DNA of 63,247 bases, filler included, from Asterionella formosa (taxonomy: Eukaryota), in assembly GCA_002256025.1 (NCBI GenBank). It is 27 parts of 27 records of this genome, joined end to end, with 100 filler letters (N's around TTAATTAATTAA, not from the genome) between each part and the next. Parts side by side here need not be neighbours in the genome. Positions count along the whole stretch, not along the records: positions 32,790 to 34,223 come from NKIB01002466.1; positions 34,324 to 35,754 come from NKIB01002467.1; positions 35,855 to 37,285 come from NKIB01002468.1; positions 37,386 to 38,816 come from NKIB01002469.1; positions 38,917 to 40,346 come from NKIB01002470.1; positions 40,447 to 41,876 come from NKIB01002471.1; positions 41,977 to 43,405 come from NKIB01002472.1; positions 43,506 to 44,934 come from NKIB01002473.1; 19 more parts are not named here. One strand, 5' to 3'. The number at the start of each line of letters is the position of its first letter. The first letter of the stretch is position 1. The position numbers were made by a program, and so were the translations under genes. The notes under the pieces were generated by a model. The model was not told where the DNA came from. It made no database searches and worked only from the letters and a program-made list of their open reading frames with translations. Positions 33,168 to 44,934 of the stretch are shown here, piece after piece.

Positions 33168-34223
33168 ACTCTCCCACACTTGAGGGAAAACCTTTTACCT
33201 ATGAAAAGGTTTGATACGACGAATATTAATTCGTTCGGTAATATGCATAGTGCGTTGAAAAGTAACTGTACCATTGGCATGTACTTGAATAATAGTATAA
33301 GGACCTCGTCCACGATCATCCAAAGTAGTAGGATTATCCAATAATATTAAAATTTCGTCACCCACTTTGTAATCATACTAAGATCGACGACGGAAATTTG
33401 CACGACGTAAACGTTCGTCAATTATCACCTGTCGACGTTGATGTATTAATTGTAAATCTGTAATCAAAGGAATATTTAATATCATATCACGTTGGAAAAC
33501 CCATGCTCCTGGTGAAATACGTAATATACTATGAATAGTAGCTCGAGCTGCATATGACGCAGCTGCAAAACATGTATCCACAATATTTTGGGCTTGAAAT
33601 TCATTGATTGGAGGATGAGCCTTTAACATAACTCGTAGACTATTGCTGATAGATTGATGGAAACGTTCACAGATAGCATTTGCTTGTGGATTCTTTACTG
33701 TGGTAGTCACATCTTTGATTCCATTCAATACTAACATGTGTAAGAAAGGAGCACCAGTAAATTCACCTCCATTGTCATGTATACAACGTTCTGGACGGGG
33801 ATATCTGGCTAACCAATCATTTTCAAATTTCATTGCAATATATTCTGATGTTTTATTGATGATACGTGAAATTTCTGCTAAATTGGTGACTGTGTCAATA
33901 CAAGTTAGAGCACGAAATTCAATCGTTTGAGCAGCCACTGTTATCTTCCATGGACCAATTAGATCTACTGCGACTTCTGACCATGGTAATAATAATGCAT
34001 TCCTGGGTGGAAGTTCACCAAAACCAGTACCAGGTAATTTTGTACGTTGACATGCTTCACATACTCTTACAATATGTTCCACTCTTGTTTTTAATATAGG
34101 GTGATAAAAATGTGTAGCAATTGTAGCATTTAATCTTGTCATACCCACATGAGCTAACATCTGATGATACCAATTAATAATAGGATCCAATAATGATGTA
34201 GGAATAGCAATACGCCAAGTATC
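33168..34223 (-). mobile_element. Ty3/Gypsy LTR retrotransposon: integrase, PPT and probable 3' LTR start
   Basis: HHCC zinc finger (YHQMLAHVG...CEAC), D-D-E core (VDLIGP, HDNGGEF, NAICER) and GPY motif. In-frame TAG at 33378, real end at 33195, then GTGGGAGAG|TG. Confidence 0.92.
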
Positions 34224-36404
34224 NNNNNNNNNNNNNNNNNNNNNNNNNNNNNNNNNNNNNNNNNNNNTTAATTAATTAANNNNNNNNNNNNNNNNNNNNN
34301 NNNNNNNNNNNNNNNNNNNNNNNCCAAGTTTCAATTTTTCCATTGATGGAGTGATGATGTGGTTTACTGTGGCGGTGCATGGTACCTGGTACTACCGTAA
34401 TCTGCTGGTATGATTTTTGCTCGGCTATCATACCTATGATCGGTTTTCACTTTTGCTGTGCGTGGTATCTAGCATGCAGCATGGCACCCTGTTCTGCATG
34501 TGCATGTATCGGTACCATGTACCGGTGCCAGTACATGGTACCAGGTAGAGGTAAAGGGTCACTGTTTCTGATAGTCGAGGGAATGGATTACCTAACATAG
34601 TGGTTTAGCAACGCTATTTCTCGAATTTCCGATTTGGTTGCTTCCATGATCTGTTGTTGTTTTGGTTCTGTTGTATCTATCTACACATAGTCTGATGCAT
34701 ATGTTTCCACTCAAAACAATATTTTATTTTCTCATTTGACATTACTTATTACATTGCATGACATATCTTGGTTGCTCCCAACATCATGTTCAATACGAAA
34801 AGGGTGGTGAGATAGTGTTTAGGAGGGGGGAGCAAAAGTTATCATAGCTGAACACATTCGAAACTTGTATAGACAATAAATGGTGGCATACGATGATGGC
34901 TGCTTCTGGCTGACAGTTGCCAGCACCAAGTCAAGTACAAACACAACAAGGGTGCACAAAAGACAGTCCAATTTTAATCAACTAACTGATACTTCGTTGT
35001 GAGACTCACCATTATGCAATGGGGTGGACTTTGATCATTGCTTTGTTCGAAGCACATTCAAATCAAATGCTCTCCATTGAAACAGCCAATGAAAACAATT
35101 GTGGCGAAAAAGCGCAGAACAGATCAAGAGCGAGATTTCATAGGAATTAAAATAACAGGGCATAGATGATGCACTGCTCCTTGTGTAGACTAGCTATATT
35201 TGATCATTTCAATATTTCATACTATACAGGTGCAACATGGATGACTCCTCCCGCCCTTTCATTAGATATGCAGCCATGTTGCGATAATTCTACAGGACCT
35301 ATAGGATTGGTAGTCTGGTGTTCATCATTTCCACATTGTATATACCAGTAGGAGTCATGTATGCATGCATGCTGCGATAATTCTTACAAGACATAAAAAT
35401 TTGGTAGCCTGGGGGTTATCGCTTCCGTACTGTATACAGGGGGAGAGGTTAGGGGTTGCATGCATGAGCAACTTCTCCGGTATAAACTATGATCTTTAAT
35501 CAATAAATTTTGATTCGTTTATCCTATACCTTTGATCATAACATATTGATCATATGATAAACGATGTTGTTGATGAGAAAATGAAAGATCAAAATTTATC
35601 TTGAGGAATCAGGATAAATTGATCTTAAAAATATGATCAAATGATCCTAAACACATGAGCATATTCAGTTTTCCGCTGCACTATTGTGGTATTTCCATGA
35701 TAGAAAAAATTCCCAGCAAGTATACAGTACTACCGGTAGGCCATTTGAATTTTGNNNNNNNNNNNNNNNNNNNNNNNNNNNNNNNNNNNNNNNNNNNNTT
35801 AATTAATTAANNNNNNNNNNNNNNNNNNNNNNNNNNNNNNNNNNNNNNNNNNNNACATCACCACTTGTATTTGAAGCCATTCTTTTTCTAAAGATGAACC
35901 GTCATTTTTGGAATGATGTTATTGTAGGAAAAGCGATGGGAAGGACACTTGCTCCTGCAGATGAATTCTAGAAAATAATCCATTAAAATTTACCTATGTT
36001 ATTCTTTGCTTAATATAAAAATATATGGACCACTTCATTTGCAAACTATTCACATCACGATAGCAAGATTTGATAAATTATCATCTATTCATTGATCTCC
36101 GTCTACTTTTTCTCTGGTAGAAAAATAATGTGAAATAATGTTTAATTGCAAGTGCAACATTTCCAAATAACTTTTAAAAACAATCTACCTACAATATACT
36201 AATTAAAGCAGGAATTAACAATATGAAATCAGGCAAATAATGACAATGATGAAGTTTCTTTCCAGCTACTGATTCTTTAATAACGGTATGATGATTAAGT
36301 CTTTTCGTTACAATGGACAGTACCATCCATTTGGAAAAGAATAGAATAAGATAGTATCCCAACGCCATGGAAAGGGCCAGTTCATCATTCATGTTGTAAA
36401 ATCT

Positions 36405-37285
36405 ACTCACAAAATTGAAATGATATGTTTCTACTAGGCTACTACTGGCTGCTGGATATACCATTTCTTTACAACCATAAGACCGTTCCGTTATGTTGAA
36501 CATTTCAATTGACTGGGGACTAGAATAGTTTGGAAGTGTATCCATATCTCTTTCTTGGAACAATGACAAACGACATAAAATGGTCATCATGTATTGTTGT
36601 CGCATAAATACACAAAATTGAAATGATAGGTTACTACTACTGGATATTCCATAAGAACTTTACAACCATGAAACCTTTCCATGATGTTGAACATCTCATT
36701 TGATGGGGCAATAATATAGAATGAGATTATACACTTACCTCATTCTTGGAACAATGACAACCCACATAAATACACAAAATTTAAATGATTGGTTCCTAGT
36801 ACTGGATATTCCATAACTTTACAACTATGCGACCTCTCCATGATGTTGGACGTCTCAATTGATTGGGTAGTTGTATAGAATGAGATTGTATCAAAATCAC
36901 AAAATGGGAACAATGACAAACGCCATAGAATGGTCATCATGTCATGTTGCAGCAATAACACAAAAAATTCAAATGATAGGTTTCTACTACTGGATATTCC
37001 ATAACTTTACAACTACGAGATCTTTCCATGATGTTGGACATCTCAATTGACTGGGTAGTTGTATAGAATGAGATTGTATCAAAATCACAAAATGGGAACA
37101 ATGACAAATGCCATAGAATGGTCATCATGTCATGTTGCAGCAATAACACACAAAATTCAAATGATAGGTTTCTACTACTGGATATTCCATAACTTTACAA
37201 CTACGAGATCTTTCCATGATGTTGGACATCTCAATTGACTGGGTAGTTGTATAGAATGAGATTGTATCCAAATCACAAAATGGGA
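36405..37285. repeat. Tandem repeat (satellite-like), unit about 188 bp, roughly 4.5 copies
   Basis: ACAAAATT(G/C/T)AAATGAT...ACTACTGGATATTCCATAACTTTACAAC recurs; exact period of 188 between 36953 and 37141. Confidence 0.9.
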
Positions 37286-37385
37286 NNNNNNNNNNNNNNN
37301 NNNNNNNNNNNNNNNNNNNNNNNNNNNNNTTAATTAATTAANNNNNNNNNNNNNNNNNNNNNNNNNNNNNNNNNNNNNNNNNNNN

Positions 37386-38816
37386 ATTGCCACACCTCGC
37401 TGCGACGCTGTCAGGTCCCCCATTGCTGTGAGGCAATGGTAACCTGGCAAACGAAGCTGCCAATCCGTTGATCGGAGCAGCGTCTCCTGCACCGCCATAA
37501 CATCACACCGGGTTTGTTGCAACAGAAACCGAAGATCGGTTTTTTTCCGCTGCAGCCCGTTGATGTTAAGGGTGCCCACCACCAGTGGTGCCCCACAGCC
37601 ATCTGGTGGTATCATGGGCGTTGGGGATCCGGGTGGGTTTATCTGAGCAACTGCGGCCGCAGGTGCCAAGCTTGGTCCCACCCTCTCCAAATACGGTATG
37701 TGGTGTCGGAAATACCACCCATACCGCGCCTTTCCAGGTTCCATCTTCCCCAAGAATGTAGCAACATAGGCGCTTGTTACCCAAATGTCGAATCTGATGC
37801 GTGCCTTGCATTCCTGCCAGACCCGAACCACTTTCGTCACATGGTCAACAATCGTCGATGCACGACAGAGGTAAGAGAGGCGTTCCCAGAATATAGTGAG
37901 ACTGCCCTCTTCCCCCCAAACACACAACTGGACTTGGTCATTTCGGACTGCATCCTGTCGTATGAGCCGCGCCGGGAGTCGTGTTGGAAACTCCCCATGT
38001 GGTCCCCTGTTCTCCCCTACTCTCTGGTCACCACCCTGTGGTCTCCCCATGCTTCCTTCTCCTCCTGGTTCCTTTTCCTCCTCTCCTTGTGTCCCCCCTT
38101 GGAAAGGGCCCACAAACGCTGTTCTGGCAGAATCTCCAGTCTCCTGCACAAATTCAGCTGTCCCAATTTCTTGGTTCAGCCCCCGAGGAGCTGCGGGTGG
38201 AACGACACTCCGTCGATTCCTATAATTTGTCGAAGCACGTGTTTGTTTCGGCACTTTTTTGGTCTCCCCGTGCCCGGAACCGCATCTCGACCTGCCAGGC
38301 TTAGAGAGAGGTCCCGCGAGTAGTCATGATAGTGAATACTCAGGTGGGAGTGGGGTAGGAGACAGAACTACAGTGCATGCCACCCATAGCATCAAGAATC
38401 CTATCCCACCCACCTAGTTTTGCCACATTTCGGTGAGATAGTTTAACCACGTTTCCGGTGGGTTCCGGTTGGTTCTTCGCCCCAAGCTAAGCTTCCACCT
38501 AGTTTAACCACATTTCGGTGAGTGGATGGACATTGGTCACCTTGTGTGGACGAAATACATAGATAGATTCCGCCAGCACATCAAGGGAGAGGGCCCCTCA
38601 ACTACGGCCAAGTTTCCATCCCGTGAGGGGTCCCGCGAGTAGTCATGATAGTGAATACTCGGGTGGGAGTGGGGTAGGAGACAGAACTCCAGTGCATGCC
38701 ACCCATAGCATCAAGAATCCTATCCCACCCACCTAGTTTTGCCACATTTCGGTGAGATAGTTTAACCACGTTTCCGGTGGGGGTTTCCGGTGGGACCATG
38801 TCCATTTCTTTTTTTT
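37386..38816 (-). mobile_element. Non-LTR retrotransposon (LINE) 5' portion: 5' UTR plus ORF entering the APE endonuclease
   Basis: LVVGTLNINGL...DVMAVQET...LPGY are APE motifs I-II. GC-rich, with a duplicated UTR block at 38310-38462 and 38629-38781. Confidence 0.85.
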
Positions 38817-38916
38817 NNNNNNNNNNNNNNNNNNNNNNNNNNNNNNNNNNNNNNNNNNNNTTAATTAATTAANNNNNNNNNNNNNNNNNNNNNNNNNNNN
38901 NNNNNNNNNNNNNNNN

Positions 38917-39640
38917 TGTTTGTCGTTGTCACTTGAGGCCAAACTGTTCCAAGATGAAAGTATGTTGACTTGGTTGGTGGGTCAGATGTAACAGATAACA
39001 AATCGTCTGTTCCATCAGTTGCTACCACCTGACGTTTTAAAACTTTCCAGGACTCCGTCTCCAAACGGAATTGTGCCCGGTTGCGAAGAAATTTGGTTTT
39101 ACCATTCCTCTCTGGTTGCAATAGAGTTTCCAATACTTTCACAATTGTAAAGGGTCCACATGACCATCCACTATCATCTTCTGGTTGAAATAACATGGAA
39201 TCATGTTCAGTAGCCATAATTCATCGCATGAATTTGTTCATCAAATGAATGAGAATCACTGATTTCTTACTCATTATCAGCGATTTCAGGAGAGCAAGGA
39301 GCAACATACGACACTGGATGGAACTGTGACTCTATAGGAATAGAGTCTTCATCCGCGAAGTACAACTGTTTGGGTTTCCTTGGCTCTTAGAAAGCAATCT
39401 TTCCTTGTTCTTTTCAATCTCTGCCACTATTGTATCGTCATATTTAATTATTTTTTCTGGATTAATATGAATCTGTTCCAATTCATCTGATCTTTGAGTG
39501 TATTCAAAGGAATCTTCGATTGATTTCATAAGTTTCTTCATCTTCTTTTCCGAAAACATAAATTCGTGTAGTGTAAACAATGGAAGTAAGTCTCGTTTCT
39601 TGTTTGACTGATACTTTGCATGAAATCCATGAATTGCCAT
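38917..39640 (-). pseudogene. Interrupted reading frame with an SCGPF motif, next to the AT-rich repeat
   Basis: ORFs 39332-39640 and 38917-39217 are in the same frame, separated by stops or introns; QPEDDSGWSCGPFTI. Confidence 0.3.
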
Positions 39641-39759
39641 TTGGAAAGTTGTAAAAGGGCAAAAGACTATGATGTAAAACAGTGGAAGGGAAACGCGTAG
39701 CTAGCTTTTTGCGGCGCTTGTGGAGGTGCAGCTGCTGTGATGGTAACCGAGTGTAGCAA

Positions 39760-40342
39760 TTGTTGAACAGAGCACAGCAATGTAATATGCATGTTCCGCT
39801 AGCATAGTGTTTACACAATACACATGCCGGCATAAATACAGCTATAACAAGGAAAAACTACATGACAATGGACATGATGGATGGTTGTTGAGGATACCAG
39901 TATGTGATATGCATCAATCCATATCACAAATCATATTATAGTGATGTACATATCAACGCATATGTATACTTAGATCCTATGCACCGTATAATACTATCAC
40001 ATTAACTGTTGGCTTTTACTGTATTCATCAAAAGTCGAATTTATATATTAAGTAACATACTCTATGATTTATTTATTTATTTATTTTCTATGATGTATTG
40101 ATAACACTTTCTTACATATTTAATCGTATTTTATTATCATTGTATTATTCTAACATGATCATATTTTGATCAAAATTATGTCATAAACATTTTAAGAAAT
40201 TATCATAGTTCTATGATCCATGCATCATAGCTATGTGATATACTTTATTCAATATTATGTATCATACTTTGGTGATGTATGCATCGATGTAACCCTATTG
40301 TGATATCACATTATCATCTTATCAATCATGATGAGATGATTG
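39760..40342. mobile_element. AT-rich dispersed repeat (copy 2)
   Basis: Colinear with 23801-24371. Confidence 0.75.
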
Positions 40343-40446
40343 TGAANNNNNNNNNNNNNNNNNNNNNNNNNNNNNNNNNNNNNNNNNNNNTTAATTAATT
40401 AANNNNNNNNNNNNNNNNNNNNNNNNNNNNNNNNNNNNNNNNNNNN

Positions 40447-41876
40447 CCACCCAAATAATTTCGATGTCTCACGAAGACATTTTTCCCCCACATGTCCAAG
40501 CATTTCATGCGCTTCATTTATTTCCACAATCACATCATTATTTTCGTTCGCGTTTCTTTTCTCGATCGTTTCATCTATCGCTTTCGTCGTTTTCTTCTTA
40601 TCGTTGACTTTCGTCCATTCATTCTCGTCTTCTTTAGTATCATAGTCGATGGATTGTTGTGTTGGCTTCTCGCTTGTTTCTTGTTCAACCTCCAACACCG
40701 TTTCCTTTAGAATAGGCGTTCCTTGCACATGGTACATTGCACCAATTGTCCTCGTTTCATCACGTTTGCAGATCAAAAATCCGTTGTTGTTTCTGATCGT
40801 CATCTTATCATCGTCAAACATAACTTTATTTCCCTTGTCAATAATCCTCGAAATACTGATAATGTTCTGCTTGAACTCCGGTGCATAGAGCACATTGGTG
40901 AGTTTCAACACTTTTCCTTTGTCTGTCGTCGTAAGGGTCACCGTGCCTGATACGGTCGCAACAATTGCTGCGCCGTTTCCCACAAGAACAGTTTCACGCA
41001 CTGCGCGCTTGTCCTCCATGATGCGCTCATCATTGCATATATGTACCGTACTAGCGCCACTATCTAGTAGCCAACGGTCCTTATGCACGCACGTATAATT
41101 TACCTCTTCATTGTACCTTGCCTCAATACACGTCACCACGAACATTCCTTGCGTACGGTAGTAGTGTTGGCGTCTTCTCCCTTGTTCTGTTTGATTGGTG
41201 CATTTTTTTGATTGTTGCACTCACTGGCATAGTGCCCCATCTTCTGGCAATTATAACACTTCACATTCTTTCTCTTATTTCGTTGCTCAGGAGTTAATTC
41301 TCTCTTTTCTGTAGTATTGCCCTTGCTTCGGCAATCAACTGCCTTGTGGCCATACTTGCCACACTTCCTGCAGTCTCCCTTAAACTTGTTTTTTGAAAAG
41401 AAGGCCTGCTTGCCATTCTTACTTGTCTTGGTTTCGTCACGCACATACAAATCGTAATAGTCGCGTACATTCTTCTTGACCTCTTGGATCGTGAGCTCGG
41501 AGCTCGCGAGACCAAATTTTCCAACCACCAAACTCTTGTAGACTTCCGGTAGGTTGTTGATAACATGGGCCACATAGGCACCATCCGAAATTGCGGAGCT
41601 CGTATGACTCAATCGTTCTCGAATTCTATCCAACTCCACAAACCAAATGTCGGGGTTCTCATTCTCGTTAATCGTGCATTTTGTCCACTGACCTGACAAG
41701 GCAATCACATTTGCCATATTACTTGACTCGTACGTAGACACTAACTTGTCCCACGCTTCCTTCGCATTTCCATTGGGGAACTCTTCACTTCTGGCACCAT
41801 TTACGTATCCAAATGGTCCACTCTGACATGCCATAATCAAACTTGCATAGGCAACCGTATTATTTCGTTTCGCACG
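40447..41876 (-). mobile_element. Ty1/Copia retrotransposon gag, protease and pre-integrase fragment
   Basis: Two CCHC knuckles (CRKCGKYGHKAVDC, CYNCQKMGHYASEC), protease WLLDSGAS and HEMLGH. Frame change near 41160-41210. Confidence 0.92.
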
Positions 41877-41976
41877 NNNNNNNNNNNNNNNNNNNNNNNN
41901 NNNNNNNNNNNNNNNNNNNNTTAATTAATTAANNNNNNNNNNNNNNNNNNNNNNNNNNNNNNNNNNNNNNNNNNNN

Positions 41977-42657
41977 CCCAATACTATGATTTGGCCAGAT
42001 TCATGTAGCAATCACAGATGACCAAGGGATTTCACAGAAGAATAGTAGGGAAGCTGCTGCTGCAAGATTTGTTATTATGGAATGGTTGGATGAGGAGAAT
42101 AGTTCTGCACCCTTTGATTTTAGTGGTATGGTCTATAAGGACTACACAACATACTTGAGCTCGAATTTGAAGAATAATGGCGTGCTTTTGAAGGGAAAAG
42201 TTTATATGAACAAGCCATCAATCTTGAATAATCTGTTCAAGCGCCAGAAGTTCAGGGCAAGTGATAAGTTTTCGGAGAATGTGAACAAGTATATGGAAGG
42301 AGGAGTTGTATGCGTTGTGTCAAAGGCTGCACAGGAAGGTCTTTGGTTCTGTGGAAATGGGCAAATGAGAAATTACTTTCGAGGTTTATAAAAAATTGAT
42401 GATATGGCTACTTGAGGAGAGGTCACATGAGGTTATCTTTGGTCGTGCTTTCATGTCATTGACTTGGAATTTGATTTGTAGGGGAGTAAATACCTGTGTT
42501 TGCTAGCAGCATCTTATGTAGAGGGCTGATGCATTTGGAATTTCATCTTCACATGTTAGCTAAGAATGACCCTGCAGGATCAAGGAAGTGGCATCCCCGC
42601 CATATTTACAAAAAACCCTGAAAATTATCAATTGTGCTGTGTGACTGCTGTTACAGA
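41977..42657 (+). mobile_element. Degenerate Crypton-like tyrosine recombinase relic
   Basis: Across stops and frameshifts reads GK*EITFEVYKKL...FGRAFMSLTWNLICRGVNT...HLM*RADAFGI...KNDPAGSRKWHPRHIY.NPENYQLCCVTA. Confidence 0.7.
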
Positions 42658-43405
42658 GTCTGCAAATAAAAACTATCATATTTCCATGATGCATCATAGG
42701 ATTGTGATCAACTGATCATAATTTTTCGTTATATCATCTAATAATTTTGATAAATGCCCTTGTAATTTAAATAGTAACCCTTTTGACTACGTATATTTAA
42801 TTATTATATGTATTGTTTCTATTAGATTCCTGTATTCGAATTTCTTGCTAGGATAATGTACCAGCTGAAGCAATGTAATTTGGCTTGTCATTTCCATCCG
42901 TCATCACTCCGATTTTTGCAACAACAACGAAATACTTGCGATGACAAGTGGAATGATTGTTTGCGATAATGTCTTCAATTGTTGGTCAAGTGATCATTAT
43001 ATCTTTGAATAATCGTCATGTGCAGTGAACCTTTGTTAATAATCATTCAATTAAGAGATTACAGAGAAGAAATCATTGGAACCCGTAATGATTCCACACA
43101 CAGGAGCGCACATAATAAATCCGTTTCGTCGAACACCAGCATTACAATCTCGCCAATCAACCCGTAAACAAACACATTCTACTTGTTCTCGTTGACAATT
43201 TCAATTCTCACATGATACTACATCTTCAATTGAGATTCAGCATAGATGGAGAAACGAAAATGTAATAGACTACTGTTCACATAGCTATAGTTATAGAATG
43301 ATTCTGATTACAATTTCTTTTTCATATCGCTCGTTTCTGCATTTGGCATGTTGTACTTGTATTTACTATTGAATTTGTCCGAATCTTTCATACCATCAAG
43401 AGAGC
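42658..43405 (-). mobile_element. Repeat family with terminus GTCTGCAAATA carrying a decayed unknown ORF
   Basis: Inverse-colinear with about 60630-61242 and with 24805-25029. The terminus cuts the Crypton relic. Confidence 0.7.
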
Positions 43406-43737
43406 NNNNNNNNNNNNNNNNNNNNNNNNNNNNNNNNNNNNNNNNNNNNTTAATTAATTAANNNNNNNNNNNNNNNNNNNNNNNNNNNNNNNNNNNNNNN
43501 NNNNNGTTTATTTGGCCTAGTAGTAACAACACCGAAGTTCCTCCATTCTACATTTTCTCATCGAAAATTAACTTCTGGGGCTATATGAAGATTACTTAGT
43601 ATTTATTTAGCACTTCTTCAAACCCTGCCAACGTTGAGCTATTGTTGTCCCAAAATTCGAAAATATTGGCCTTTTCAATGATCACCAAAATGTCGGAATC
43701 AGAATCACTAGAAGCCGAAATGTCATCTTCGGAATAA

Positions 43738-44351
43738 GAGTCTTGTGATTCAATTTTTCGTCCTACAATCTTCTGTACAAGATAATTCCATCGTAAGTGC
43801 CCGAATCACTATAAATATTTTGATTGTTCAAGTTCAATTACTTACCGAGATTTGATTGGCCCGGTTTGCGCGGTCTTGCAAACCCATGCTTGCCACACTG
43901 GATGCAGATGAAACATTTTCTTGGGTGTTGGCTGTTACAATATCCACAGTAGGTAGCTAATCATCAGTGATTGTACGCATACCAGTACTAGAATGCACTT
44001 TGCCTGCATTGAATGGACAGAGTGTGCTGCTTTTCCTTTGATGAATAGTAGGAGTCTTGTGATTCAACTTTTTCGTCCTACAATTTCCTATACGAAAATT
44101 CCATTGTAAGTGCTCGATCATTTTACTATTACAATTTGATTGGTCAAGCTCAATTACTTACCGACATTTGATTGGCCCAGTTTGCGCGGTCTTTCAAACC
44201 CACACTTGCCACACTGGATGCAGATGCAACATATTCTTGGTTGTTGGCTATTAAAATATCCACAGGAGGTAGCTGATCATCAGAAAATTGCATGTATATC
44301 AGTACTAGAATGCACTTTGCCTGCATTGAATGGACAGAGTGTGCTGCTTTA
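43738..44351. repeat. Tandem duplication of about 300 bp
   Basis: GAGTCTTGTGATTCAA...GAGTGTGCTGCTTT at 43738-44034 and 44052-44350. Confidence 0.85.
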
Positions 44352-44607
44352 CCTTGAAGATCACCATGGCCACAAGGATTGCAGAAATTCTTTCCTTTCC
44401 TTGAGCTTCTTGTGTCCTGATTATGTTTATTTCTTAACACAACATCAGAGCCGTAAGTTTTGTTTTGTTTGAATGTTTCAAATCATGCTGCATGTATTTG
44501 TTTGTTTCGTATCCTTTTTCGTTTGAATTGCACTTTTGTAGATTCCATCTTTACTAAGTCGCTTTTCCTTTTGCCTTCAGAAGGTCTACATTGAGGTTAA
44601 TCGTATC

Positions 44608-44934
44608 TTACCAATTTTCTGCCAAATTGGTATCAAAAGACCAATTTGGCAAAAATCGGACGATGAGAAAAAAGGTCCATGGCAACCCAAGTGCCAGACA
44701 ACTTATGGACCAGAGGTATCTTCTCCAACCTTTCTGGGTTGTTTGATTTCTAATAATGAAATCCGTATTTTTCCTACAGGGAGGAAAGGAATCAGAACAT
44801 GGCTCGAAAAGCTGGTATAGGAGCTCGGAAGAAACATGGTCAAACCCACATAATTTGATGAGCAGAGCATCATCATGCTTGCTGTTGAACAAAGTCCAGA
44901 AAGGACTTGACAATGGATGCTGTAGTGCATGGTG
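44608..44934 (-). mobile_element. PIF/Harbinger-type transposase N-terminal relic
   Basis: LQHPLSSPFWTLFNSKHDDALLIKLCGFDHVSSELL...GWRRYL...CLALGLPW resembles stramenopile Harbinger N-termini. Confidence 0.5.

Noticed and set aside
36189..37149. Repeated ORFs such as MLLLQHDMMTIL
   Set aside because: The 188-bp unit is not a multiple of 3 and the frames break; these are satellite translations.
37514..38323. 269-aa ORF antisense to the LINE ORF
   Set aside because: Expected in GC-rich sequence; no domain signal.
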